NCBI RefSeq assembly: GCF_006345805.1
Contig: NC_043009.1
Coordinates: 3,596,001 to 3,660,000, forward strand
Origin: Octopus sinensis
Taxonomy: Eukaryota
Length of the DNA: 64,000 nt
Direction: 5' to 3'
In this document: one piece after another, positions 28,777 to 41,660 of the stretch
Layout: each line of letters opens with the position of its first letter
Position numbering within the stretch: position 1 is the first letter of the stretch
Made by a program: the position numbers and the translations under genes
The notes under the pieces: generated by a model
What the model saw: the letters and a program-made list of their open reading frames with translations, nothing else
Told to the model about the DNA's origin: nothing
The model's database searches: none

Positions 28777-29156
28777 TAGCCAAATCGGAACAGATATTTT
28801 TCACGAAGGCATTCACTCCATGCCTCGCCATATCTGACCTAAAATTCAAATCGTCGCACTCGGCCAAATTTATCGGCAGCAAATAAATATAAGCCGCCGA
28901 TTCCATTAGGACAACCAACCAGAAAATTCATAATAATCAATATAGGGAGGCAAAAAAAATTTTGTAGAATTCTTTTGCCCCCAGCGGCCTAGTGGGAAAA
29001 AATTAATAGTCATAAACCATTTTTAAGTTCAATATCACAATCAAGGAACGGCCATAATAGGCCATTCACCCGATAGAAATAACAGCCAAAAGCTTCAACC
29101 GCAAAATAACATTAATTCCGTAAATCAGGAGAAAATTAAAAAACATTACCCTGAAA

Positions 29157-29259
29157 TTCCTTACATTGCACCGTTTCTTCTACTGTTTAATGGTAAACTA
29201 ACGTGATTAATTTAAATCAAGCCAATCTACCATAGGCCCTTAGATTCATCAGTAAGGAA
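29157..29259 (-). ncRNA. Type I hammerhead ribozyme, copy 3 (indel at cleavage site)
   Basis: ttcctta-CTGATGA-atcta...tagaa-GAAAC-ggtgcaatg-taaggaa. Confidence 0.6.
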
Positions 29260-29718
29260 AGCCAAATCGGAACAGATATTTTTCACGAGGCATTCACGTC
29301 CATGCCTCGCAATATCTGACCTAAAATTTTCAAATCGTCGCACTCGCGCCAAATTTATCGGCAGCAAATAAATATAAGCCGCCGATTCCATTACGGAACA
29401 CCAACCAGAAAATTCATAATTAATCAATATAGGGAGGCAAAAAAAATGTTTGTAGAATTCTTTTGCCCCCAGCGGCCTAGTGGGAAAAAATTAAATAGTC
29501 ATAAACCATTTTTAAGTTCAATATCACAATCAAGGAACGGCCATAATAGGCCAACCACCCACTAGAAATAACAGCCAAAAAGCTTCAACCGCAAATAACA
29601 TTAATTCCGTAAATCAGGAGAAAATTAAAAAACATTTACCCTGAAATTCCTTATACGATGCCCCCGTTCTTCTACTGTTTAATGTAAACTAACGTGATTA
29701 AATTAAATCAAGCCAATC

Positions 29719-29803
<85 letters not shown>

Positions 29804-29805
<2 letters not shown>

Positions 29806-29925
29806 GACCGTGATCACCGTGACCGACCAGGTTATCAAATGTTGCTACACGTCGCTGGTCACAATTCGATTCGCATTGTTTTAGCCTTCAAATGACGCCA
29901 CCCCGCGGGCTAAGCAAGTCGGCCA
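29804..29925 (-). mobile_element. SINE family A tail fragment
   Basis: Reverse complement of the tail at ~35930-36028 (tgtgaccagcga.gtgtagcaacat). Confidence 0.6.
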
Positions 29926-30467
29926 ATATATATATATATATGATACACAAATATATATTCATATACATAAAATATATACATATATATATATCCAGAGAGG
30001 CAAACAGACAGAGAAAGAAATGAAAAGCCGTCCTACATACATATACGAATATGAATGTGCATCTGGGTAGCTTTGGAACCGTGTAACTGTCTTTGTATAT
30101 GCGTATTTGTTTCCATGTTTAAAATGAGTCGGACATATTATGTGGACGGCCAGAAGCTCCGATGTATACGAAGTCTAATGTTACGTATATATGTATATGC
30201 TCGTATATAAACGCGCGCATGTTTGTGTGTGTGTGTGTGTGTGGAATAAGTGTCGCTGTCTCACCGTGATTATTTATATATGAAGTATATAGCTGTATGA
30301 CCCTGAAGAGACAACGAGAGATAAACAGGAGTGCAAGCAGCCAAATAAACTGACATGATTTATGCGGCGTTCAAGGTGGAATATATACCCAGTGTAGAAG
30401 TTAAAGGGTACTGCCATATAAACTGTGGGTATACGCCTTATGAGTAAGCTGTATGTCTATTTACAGA

Positions 30468-30505
<38 letters not shown>

Positions 30506-30591
30506 CGTCAGTGTGTATTTTTTCATATGCATGCGTATGAATATGTGAGGGTTGTCATTTGTACAGATACACACACACAACATATATATAC

Positions 30592-30654
<63 letters not shown>

Positions 30655-30692
30655 GTGTGTGTGTGTGTTGTATATTATATATATATATGTAC

Positions 30693-30778
<86 letters not shown>

Positions 30779-31903
30779 TAATTATACATATATATAATGA
30801 AATGCGTGCATATATGCTAGCGGTTTTTCCCTTCCTCTTTGTCACTGTATGTCTGTCTTTATCTCTCATCTCCCCCCCTCTCTCTCTCCTGCGCTCTCTT
30901 CCTCTCTCTTTATCTTCCCCTCTTCTCCCTCTCTCTTAAAACCGTAACACAAAAGTATACCGACTCCATGGTTCTGTTGGGGGATAAAATATTTTGCTAA
31001 TAATTAGATAGCTGTTAATGTCCCAAATATAACGACCTAATTAAATTTAATTAATCAACTTACACCTAGGTTGCACTGTACTATACTGGTATATGTATAT
31101 GTACTCATAAACCTATACTTTCCTGGGTTATTCAATTATACTGTAATATATTGTGAGTTAGCACCACTGTTGAATCACTTATTGGAACCACTGTTGAAAT
31201 TCAACACTTTTCCAATTTGCATATGTTCAGAACCTGTTATAATTACCAGTAAAAGATGTGATATATATCTGATGTCGTAAATTTTAATCGTTAGTAAAGC
31301 AGGTCAGCTGAATAATCTACCGCGAAACAACAATATGTATAATTCAGTTTGAAAGGTAACTTTGTTTATGTATTTTGTATTCCAGGAATCGTATGTAACA
31401 ACGATTTGCCTGATGTACAAAAGGAAATTTTTGATGCAGTTAAAACACTTAAGCATGTCACACGAAGTAAAGAATGTATAAAAAATTGTAAAAGTTTTCC
31501 TACAATGTAACCACTTTGCAATATACTATTTGTGGTGTTATCAATCATTCAGAAGCGAGTGTATATTTTTTGCAATCCATTGAAATTCTACATTCGGAGA
31601 TAACATTACAAGAAATTATAATCAATCGCATTGTGTGAGTGTATATATAGGGTGAGTGGGTGTATGCATAAATATATATATATATTCTTTTCTTCTTTCA
31701 TATGTTTCAGCCCAAAGGCTGTGGCCATATATATATATATATGCATATATATATATATGTACACACATGTCTGTAACTTTAGATAGATACATAGAGATAT
31801 AGACAAACAAACTGACAGTCAAATACATAGATAGATAAATAGATAGATTGATATATAAATAGACTTAGGAATCGTGGTAATATATAGACACCTCTCTCTC
31901 CCT

Positions 31904-31938
<35 letters not shown>

Positions 31939-31990
31939 ATACATATATATATATACTTTTGAAGGTTAGCTGTAAATATTAAACAAGTAA

Positions 31991-32022
<32 letters not shown>

Positions 32023-33010
32023 ATCTAAATGTATGTATATATTTATATAGATGTGTGTGTGTATGTGTGTGTGATTTTGTGTGTATTTCTGTATTAGGTT
32101 ATATTTACTCAGAATATGAGAGAATACTAGTGGAATGTTCCTGTCAAAACCTCTGTAAAAGCTAGGCATAACAGAGCAGACGTAATGATCTGGGACCAAG
32201 AATAGAATGGGCTCATTCAAGTAGAAATAATTAGCCCAGCAGATGTTAAACAGAATGTTAAAAAATTGAAAACAAAAACAAGAAAACAAAAGAAAAAGTT
32301 TGTGCGGAACTAATTAGAGTTTTCGCAGACACTAGACCCAGACTATAACTTTAGAATAATGCCTGTGGTTAGTGGAGCACATGATTACGTAACTGCATCA
32401 GCACCAGTATTGAGAATCCGGGTTTCATACAACCAAATATGACACAGCTAATTAGAGAATTATAATTACAAGATATTAATTAATTGTGAAATATGCAAAA
32501 CGTTGTAGAGTTTTAGCCTATGGTACGTACGTATATGTACACATATAGAACCATAAACACAGACTCACATATACGAAACCATACGCATGCACACGCACTT
32601 ATTTTTTCATGCAAATACATCCATAAATGCATGTTGAAGATAATCCATACAATGATATATGCAAGGATCCACGCATGCATATGCATGGACAGACACATAA
32701 GTAAGTCGTAATGTCGATGTTTTCTAAATTCTGACGAGAAGATATATTTTGAGGATGGACGTAGGCGAAAAGTTTTAGTGTAAAACATTATAAATTTGCA
32801 TTGCGATACGTCATAAAAAGATCAAACTTATATGATATAGCTATATGTATATTCATAATACGTAGATGATCACTGACATACGAGCATAAATCCGAAGGAG
32901 TAATTGTGCAGTTAAGAGGCTTGTTTTATAACCATGTTGTTTCAATGTCAGTCCCACTTCGCTGAACGTTGGCCAAATATCTTCTGCTATATCAGCGAAT
33001 CGACACATGC

Positions 33011-33312
33011 TTGTTTGTTCCTTCTCGAGCCATGCCTAGCTCATTAGGGCCGGTTTCCCGGTTTCCTTGACGTATAGGTTCCCCACCTGGATGGGACGCT
33101 AGTCCGTCGCAGGTGAGCTACACGATGCAGGAGGAAAGAGTGAGGGAAAGTTGTGGCGAAAGAGTCAGCAGAAGTTCACCATTACCTTCAGCCCGAGCCG
33201 CGTGGAGCTTAGGTGTTTCCCTCATAAACACACACATCGCCCGGTCTGAAATTCGAACCCGCGCTCCCTCGACCGCGAGTCCGCTGCTTTAACCACAAGG
33301 CCATGTGCCTCC
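33011..33312 (-). mobile_element. tRNA-derived SINE, family A, full length
   Basis: Reverse complement of the 19615-19903 copy; A and B boxes present. Confidence 0.85.
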
Positions 33313-33429
33313 ACAATCGACAAATGCGACAAATGCCTGTCCTGTATACATACCTACATACATATATACGTAATATATAATTTATACATACACACACCAC
33401 ACATATATATAATTATATAACAATTATAT

Positions 33430-33479
<50 letters not shown>

Positions 33480-33480
<1 letters not shown>

Positions 33481-33697
33481 GGAGGTATGGTAAGAAGTTC
33501 TTTGGCTTTGGATAAACAAAAAATGCAGGAGCATCGGTTAATTACGATTCTATTCAACACATTCTCCTTTCAGATGCGCACACTTATTGCTGCTGTTCCG
33601 GTTATGTAAGCCCTGTAAAATAACTCAGAATGTTGGGCCTCCAACCAGACCTTACGCGATACCATTAAAGCTAGGAATTTTTCAGCACCCCATCGTA
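33480..33697. mobile_element. Mariner-type MITE
   Basis: Ends gaggtatggtaagaagttctttggcttt ... aaagctaggaatttttcagcaccccatcgta are degenerate inverted repeats. Confidence 0.55.
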
Positions 33698-33796
33698 TAC
33701 ATGTCTGGGTGTGTTTCTGTCTATTGGTCAGTATTACTCCTTCTCACCATCGATTGACATCCGGCTTTGTTTTGTTGTTCTCGTGTCCGCACTGAG

Positions 33797-34075
33797 CACT
33801 CTATAGACACGTGTACCTTTTACGTAGTTTTCGTTTTCGGGTAGATTCAGCGTGACAGAATGTGTGACAAGCCTGACCCTTTGAAATACAGGTACAACAG
33901 AAACTGGAAGAATAAGTGAAAGTTGTGAAAGGTGCAGCAGGGTTCGCCACCTCACCCACTACCGGAGCTTTAGGTTTTTTGCTCAATATACACTCACAAC
34001 TCCCGATCTGGGAATCGAAACAGCGATCCTATGACAGCTAGTCCGCTACCTTAACCGTTGGGCCATTGCGCCTCC
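33797..34075 (-). mobile_element. tRNA-derived SINE, family A head with a different tail
   Basis: Minus strand ggaggcgcaatggcccaacggttaagg...gtttcgattcccaga matches the 35747 head. Confidence 0.75.
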
Positions 34076-34513
34076 ACTTATGATTATGTATGTATACATG
34101 CAATCTATTAATGAAACAGTTACATTATGTGCAGTACTGTTCAATGTGCATCCTGTTGTTAAACCAAGTGTGGATGACTTATCAGCATGTATCGTACTAT
34201 TCCTGACGCTATCGTGTGAATATGTAATCGTGAGGAGACACAAATTCTGCCATGGCAAAACCAGCCTTAAACAACCGGAGCATCCCGAATGTGACATATG
34301 GAGGGAAAGAAGGACACACCAACAGACGTCTATTAGTCATTACCCCTGAAAAGACTGGATCTTAATGAAAGGTAGTGCTGTGCATCATGACATATGTAGC
34401 TATCCCAGACCAAAATTTAAACCAACGATTTTATGAAAGAGAGCCGAAAGTTTTCTCTAGTAGGACATGTAACAACAAGACATACAATAGACAAAACATT
34501 TTTAAAGTTCATC

Positions 34514-35305
34514 TCAGGCTGTCCCAAAATTGTCTTGTGGGTTTCAATCTCTAATAGCTTCCTTAATTTTGCAAATAAAAGCATGAAATTTTGATCCAAT
34601 ATAAAGGATATAACGGAAATTAAGAGGCATAAGTATAATTTCGCAACGCCACAATATTTCATATAAAAAATGGCGTCGCTTATATGGCACCCATTTTCGG
34701 CTTCGCACGCCGGTGCTCTTTCCAAAACTTGCATCATAATACCGTCAAGAGTTTCAAATCACACGTATCTGATTTCTCTATTATTGTTCTCTTTCAGTTG
34801 CATCAGGGTCTCCGGGGCTAGTCAAGTCTGGAGAACGTGACGGCTAGTTGACATTGCCGTAACGGGAGATTATTCGCTCCCCAAAGCACAACCGTATCAA
34901 CTGCATTTCCCCATCTTGCTGGAACCATGTATAAGTTCTACTTTGAATGGCTTTCACGTTCCCCAAATTTGACAGGCCCAGATTTTTTCTTCTGGGGATA
35001 CATGAAAGAGGGTTTACGTCAACAAAATGGCGACCCTGGTACAACTGAAAGAGAAAATCAATAGAGAAATCAGATAAGTAGAGGTCTGAAATTCTTGACG
35101 ATGTTATGATGCAAGTTTTGGAAAGAGCAGGGGCGTGCGAAACCGAAAATGTATGTCATTTAATCGATATCATTTTCATATGTGATATAGTACTGCTGCA
35201 CAATTTGACGGGTGTCTATTAATTTCCCTTATGTCCTTTATAGTGTATCAAAATTTCATACGTTTATTTGTAAAATTAAAGAAGTTATTATTGAAACACC
35301 TTGTA
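34514..35305. mobile_element. Fold-back element made of two inverted mariner transposase 3' ends
   Basis: Minus: WFQQDG...SRSPDLTSP...MMQVLERA. Plus: SPNLTGPDFFFWGYMKE...QLKEKINREIR. 34670-34810 and 35030-35170 are inverted homologues; the ends resemble cagggtgt TIRs. Confidence 0.75.
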
Positions 35306-35405
35306 TCATTTGGTATGAATATTCAAGCGATAGAATTTGCCTCTTTGTTGGAAGCCAGTATTTCCTTATAGAAGAATGTTTCAAGTGATTAAAAAGGTAG
35401 ATACA

Positions 35406-35572
35406 TGTGGAAATCCACGTCGCCATCTCTTCAGTTATCCGGCCATCGGAAGATTTTTCATAGCATTTTTCAGATGGCCGCAAAACTGGAGAGATGGTGG
35501 CGTGGACTTTCACATCGGCATCCGAAACTCGGGGTTTTATCATGGCTACCGAATATTGTCAAATATTACATT
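35406..35572. repeat. Palindromic repeat with hammerhead-like motif
   Basis: Left arm on minus reads gataa-CTGAAGA-gatg; right arm on plus reads CTGGAGA-gatg...catcc-GAAAC-tcggg-GTT-ttatc. Confidence 0.65.
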
Positions 35573-35601
35573 ACAGATATAATACATACATACATACATA
35601 C

Positions 35602-35632
<31 letters not shown>

Positions 35633-35634
35633 GA

Positions 35635-35692
<58 letters not shown>

Positions 35693-35715
35693 TATATAAT
35701 ATATATATATATGTG

Positions 35716-35746
<31 letters not shown>

Positions 35747-35747
<1 letters not shown>

Positions 35748-36028
35748 GAGGCGCAATGGCCTAGTGGTTAGGGCACCGGACTCGCGGTCGCAAGATCGCG
35801 GTTTCGATTCCAGACCGGGGCGTTTGTGAGTGTTTATTGAGCGAAAACACCTAAAAGCTCTACGAGGCTCTGCAGGGGGGGGGGCGGTGATCCCTGACTG
35901 TTACCACTTTCACCACTTCTTTCCCATGCTTAGCAGCGCGGGTGTCGTCATTCGAAGACTAAAACACTGCGAACGCATTGTGACCAGCGATGTGTAACTA
36001 CATCTGATGGACTGGTCGGTCACGTGAT
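35747..36028 (+). mobile_element. tRNA-derived SINE, family A
   Basis: A box tggcctagtgg and B box ggtttcgattcc. Confidence 0.85.
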
Positions 36029-36033
36029 GGTGA

Positions 36034-36072
<39 letters not shown>

Positions 36073-36253
36073 CACATGTATAAACATACACACATATATG
36101 TAAATATATGTCTTTAGATACATATACATGTATATTTATATATATATGTCTACATGTACGTATATATGTATGTGTGCGCATGTATGTTTGTATCTATGTA
36201 TCTGTCTATATATATATTCATGTACATATATACCTATATCTATCTATCTATCC

Positions 36254-36302
<49 letters not shown>

Positions 36303-38258
36303 ACTATCTACCTATATATATATACATGCATACATGCATACAAATACACACACATATCATCGCTACACATTGTTTGAAGCAAGCTTTTGTTTGATTTTCG
36401 TCCAATAACAACATAAATGTGGGGAGTATAAAGCCTCCTGTAGCAGATGTTAGACCAGAAGTTTCCTCCACCCTGGTTGGATGTATCACACTGTCAACAG
36501 TTAGGTGGCCTTTGACTCCACCTTGTTTATCTACCGTTTGACAGGTTTTGTGTTTCTTCCTGCCCAATATTTCAACGAAAACCACCCTCCTTAGTATGCA
36601 AGTTTGGTAGGGTTGCCTTATCAGTCCTTCATACCCTCACCCCCCTCCACGCGATGTTGTACAGGCTTACACGATACTAGTAGCACTATGATTGACCTAA
36701 TCTATACACATGCATACATACATTAATATATACATAGATACAGAAATATGAATATTCTCAATATGAGATCTTAAAATGAACGAACGCAGTGAATTACGTT
36801 CATATAACACACAGAATTATTTGCAAAAATCAAACATTCATTCCTAGTGTATTCATCCACTAGACAGACATAAAGTGATTGAAAATAAATCCACAAAAGA
36901 TAGATACTCGCGCTTGCAAATCACAAATCACTCCGACAATCTTGAATCAAACAAAGAAGAGTTGCCACGTCGTTAGAGCCCCTCTTGGATTCTGCAAGTG
37001 AATAAATCAAAAAGAAAATACGTCAAAAATTCAAAAATAATCCTCAGAGAAGCCATAAAGTGCGAGCGTGTTTGTGTGTGTATGTGTGTGTGTGTGTGGT
37101 GTGTGTGTGTGTGTACGTATGTGTGCGTGTACATCTGTATGTGGGAGTGTGTATATGTAAAGAGGCAGAGGAGGATCTCAGAAAGAATGAAACACAGCCA
37201 GACAGATAACTAAAGAGAAAGATAGATAGACATATATATATATATATCTATATATATATATATATGAGTGTAAGTGTGTGTGTGTGTGTAGATAGATAGA
37301 TACATACATACATACATAGATACATACATACATACATACATACATACATACATACATACATACATACATACATACATACATACATACATACATACATACA
37401 TACATGCATACGTTGGTAGATTGTAAACAAATGCAAATATCGATATCAGTAATAAACCCTTGTACCCCTTGTTCATAACAAACGGACCTGAACGTCCAAT
37501 AAATCAAAAAGGCAAAAGCAGAGAAAGAGACAGAGAGCCAAGGCAAGGGAGGGGCAGCGATGGCGGGTGAGAGGATGAGAAGACGCAATGTTAGGGACTT
37601 AAATAGCTTTAAACCTTTATTCCCCACTAAACTTCTTTCAATCTGTTGAATAAAAGCAGTTTGTTGTCAGTGGCGTCTTGTGTATTCAGCTGGGCGGGAA
37701 AATGTTTGTAGTGTGACAGACATGTATTCGTGTGGCAAACAAAAGCTATTTTAGTTGTATATTCCAAACTTCAGAATAAAATCTGGCATATGTAAGCTTA
37801 TGTTTATATATACATTTTAAAGCACGCGCACACACATACACACACGCACACATACATACATACACTCATCTATTCATGTATGTGTGTGTTCGTGTGTATC
37901 CGTACAGATACGTGTGAGTTTGTCCAAGTATTGGTACATAATTGTAACGTGCTTACTTTCCTCCCCTTGCGAGAAAATATTTAGACGTCTTATATTTATA
38001 CAAAATCGATAGCGTATAAACGTACAAATATACACACACATATATATGTACGATATATTTTCATATTACTTTTATATATGTGCGTGTTTGTGAATGCGCG
38101 CGTGTGTATATGTGTCTGTGTGCGTGTGAGCTTATGCATGTATAAGTGCGTGTAAGAGAAAGAAGGAGAGAGCGAGCGTGCATACGTATGCGTATATATA
38201 TAGATAGATAGATATTTATATATGTTTGTATGTATTCATACGCACACATACGTACTAT

Positions 38259-38310
<52 letters not shown>

Positions 38311-38339
38311 ATACTATATATATATATATATATATATAC

Positions 38340-38370
<31 letters not shown>

Positions 38371-38524
38371 TATATATATATATACATACATATATACATA
38401 TACATACATACACACACTCACACAAACATATATGTATATCAGCCTATGCTTATTTGTGTTTATGTCTACATCGATAATCTTCTTTAGTGTAGGGATGTTA
38501 CGCTTATGTTCTGCATTACGCTGC

Positions 38525-38588
<64 letters not shown>

Positions 38589-38605
38589 TATATATATAAT
38601 ATATA

Positions 38606-38652
<47 letters not shown>

Positions 38653-39300
38653 TATATATATATATATATATTACATATCTGCATGCGGGTGTCCCTGTGA
38701 ATACTTATGCATGCATGAAACAAAGGAAACATTGAAATACAGCTGTATACTTTTGCGGAGAATAATGCCGGCATTTTTATAGGTAGTATGAATCTATCAA
38801 CTTTCTCACAATCTATATACGTACTTGGATATAGTTTCGTATTCATATATAGATATTTCAATGTTTTTTTTTTCATATACATACACACATTCACAGATAT
38901 ACACAAATATATTTATGCATTCATATATCCACATGTAAACAGTGAAATGGTGAGATGTTGAAATAGATAACAGCGTTCAGGAATATGCAAATATATGAAT
39001 ATATTCAGAAATATATAAACGTACTTATGAATATGTACACAAGTAAATATATGAAAAGATATAAGTATATCTACATACATATTTCGATATCTCTTTATGT
39101 ACATATATATGTGTAAATATATATATACATATATATATATATATACATATACACACACACATATATATATACATATAGGTATACATTTATATACACATAT
39201 AAGTATATATAAATATATACATACATGTGCATATATATGTGTTTCTGTGTTTGTGTGTATGTGTGTGTGTGAGTGTGTGTGCGGGGGTGGGGGGTTGAAG

Positions 39301-39540
39301 GTAATATGTGACAATTGTTCGGTAGCCATGATAAAACTCCAATGTCTGGGTGGAAATCCACGCCACCATCTTTTCAGTTATCCGGCCATCGGGAAAAAAT
39401 GCTATAAAATAATTTTGATAGATTTTTGATAGCATTTTTTCCGATGGTCGGATAAATGAAAAGATGGTAGCGTGGATTTCCACACCGATATCCGAAACTC
39501 GGTGTGTTATCATAGCTACCGAATAATTGTCATATATTAC
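39301..39540. repeat. 240-bp palindromic element (same family as 35406 and 26290)
   Basis: gtaatatgtgacaatt ... aattgtcatatattac; ~105-bp inverted arms around an AT-rich loop. Confidence 0.8.
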
Positions 39541-39615
39541 ATTTACAGATGAATTCCTCTATTTACATAACATCGAGGTTTCTTTCTTTCTTTTGTTGTC
39601 TTACCATTTCTATCA

Positions 39616-39652
<37 letters not shown>

Positions 39653-39714
39653 ATACATACATATATATATATGAATAAAAAATGGAGTTAACGCAGGTGT
39701 AAACAAGTATTTTT

Positions 39715-39800
39715 ACTTTCGACACATGTTTCGAAAATTCCACTGATACTATTCAAAAGAATAAATGGTATAAACAATGCAATTTTCTCTTCGGGAAAGT
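39715..39800 (-). ncRNA. Type I hammerhead-like motif (U4C core variant)
   Basis: actttc-CCGAAGA-gaaaatt...aattttc-GAAAC-atgt-GTC-gaaagt; perfect 6-bp stem I and 7-bp stem II. Confidence 0.7.
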
Positions 39801-40888
39801 GCAAAAAACGAAACTCGTCAATACGACATTTTAGCAAAAAATGATGGATTTGTATAGCGATAGACAGAACGCTATTAATGTAAGTATTAATAAATGATAC
39901 GGAGAAGGTGTGCTCAAAACGAAAAAAGAAATCTATTCAAAGAGAATTTATCAGCTGACAACTGAATATAGTAGCGTAATATAAAGATTAATTTCGTTGG
40001 CAGATTAATAAAAGTGCTTTATGAATTATTTTGACATTTTGCCAATTGACCTGGATCGGTTTTACGACGTAGAATACGAAAATATTTTGTCAGAGTTTAT
40101 GGTGCATGAAGTAGCGTAGAAATGAGCCAAAACTTACAACAAAAGGCTAATCCCGCTCTTTGAACCGGAGGAGTTGTATTAATGTGATATTTGATATGTG
40201 TTCTTCACGATAAAATATTTTCCTTGTATTGTTCATGTTGGTAAATGTATGGATTTGCTTTAGTATAAGTTTAATACATAGATGAAAGTGTGTGCAGTGT
40301 AGAAGTGTTACGATGTTAGACTACTCAAGATACATACTGTATGCTTTCGTCACTGTTACGTCGTGTTTATATCTCTTATTATAAAAGGCAGATTTTATCT
40401 GCCTCCCTTTGGGAGTTATACAAATCTACAATATAGGATTTCTTCAATTACAATTTACCTTGCATTTTTAAGAGTACAATGCATCGCGTCATGCCAGGTC
40501 GAGTTTTTAAAATTTAAACTCCAATTAAGCAAAATTTACAGAAAACTCACATTCTGGTGTGTGTGTCAAATGCTTTTCTTAGTCTGGTTTACAGCACACG
40601 CAAACGCACACACACAGTGGGCAACGAATAAAATGAAAGTAATTGACTTACTGTAGTGAGTGATTCTTTCACTCTGCCTCCAACTTCCTCTTTCCACACA
40701 TAGACACGCAAATATATAAATAAAATTGTAAGCTAACGTGCGTGTGTGTGAGTGGTGTGTGTGTGTGCGGTGTGTGTGTGTGTGAGGGTGCGGGTGTGTG
40801 TGTGTGTGTGTGTGGTGTGCGTGTGTGTGAGTGTGTGACAGGAAAGTTTTTTACGACGAATATACACCTATATCCAAATAGCAGAAAG

Positions 40889-41360
40889 ATAAGACAGTAA
40901 GGTGTGATTTGAGGGAGATTTGGCTGCTATTTCTACCATGTCTAGCTGCCATGTAGGGGTCTCCCTCATAGGCTCATACATAATAATACATAGATGACAG
41001 TAGGTGTGATTTGGGGGAAATTTGGCTGCTATTCTACCAGGTCTAGCTGCCATGTAGGGGTCTCCCTCATAGGCTCATACATACATATATACATAGATAA
41101 GACAGTAAGGGTGATTTGGGGGAAATTTGGCTGCTATTTCTACCAGGTCTAGCTGCCATGTAGGGGTCTCCCTCATAGGCTCATACATACATAGATACAT
41201 AGATAAGACAGTAAGGTGTGATTTGGGGGAAATTTGGCTGCTATTTCTACCAGGTCTAGCTACCATGTAGAGGTCCCCCTCATTGGCTCATATATATATA
41301 ACATACATAAGACAGTAAGGTGTGATTTGAGGGAGATGTGGCTGCTGTTTCTACCAGGTC
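40889..41360. repeat. Tandem repeat, ~105-bp unit x ~4.6
   Basis: gacagtaaggtgtgatttg(a/g)ggga(g/a)atttggctgctatttctaccaggtctagctgccatgtaggggtctccctcataggctca plus a variable TACA/TAGA spacer. Confidence 0.9.
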
Positions 41361-41424
41361 TGTTAGGCCTTCTCATGTAAACTCAAGCTTTCTCATGCCT
41401 CGAACATAAGACAAAGAATGTATT

Positions 41425-41660
41425 CTTTTATTCTTCTGCTTTTTCCAGCCATTGGTCTGTGGCCATGCTGGGGCAATGCCTTGAAGAATTGTAGTTTAAT
41501 GAATCAACTCCAGTTTTATTTTTGTAAGCATTGTACTTATTCTATCTGTTTCTTTTGTCAAACCACTAGGTGACAGGGATGTAAACAAACCAACATTCGT
41601 TGTCAAGCAGTGGTGAGGACAATCACAAGCACACAGACACGCACACACACACACACATAC
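41425..41660 (-). mobile_element. SINE family C, 3' half (diverged)
   Basis: tgtggccatgctgg...tacttattctatc...gtaaacaaaccaacattcgttgtcaagc. Confidence 0.6.

Larger units (their letters stand above)
27961..29721 (-). mobile_element. Tandem array of a ~485-490 bp unit (~3.6 copies), putative non-LTR retrozyme
   Basis: Unit start (t/a)taatcaatatagggaggc recurs at 27961, 28441, ~28932 and ~29419; one hammerhead motif per unit; (TA)n on both flanks; no meaningful ORF. Confidence 0.8.

Noticed and set aside
28318-29427. ORFs MESAAYIYLLPINLARVRRFENF in the tandem array
   Set aside because: Short, frames differ between copies and no recognisable motif; treated as incidental.
40889-41360. CRISPR-like repeat-spacer pattern
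   Set aside because: Repeats are ~90 bp, the spacers are microsatellite, there are no cas genes and the context is eukaryotic.
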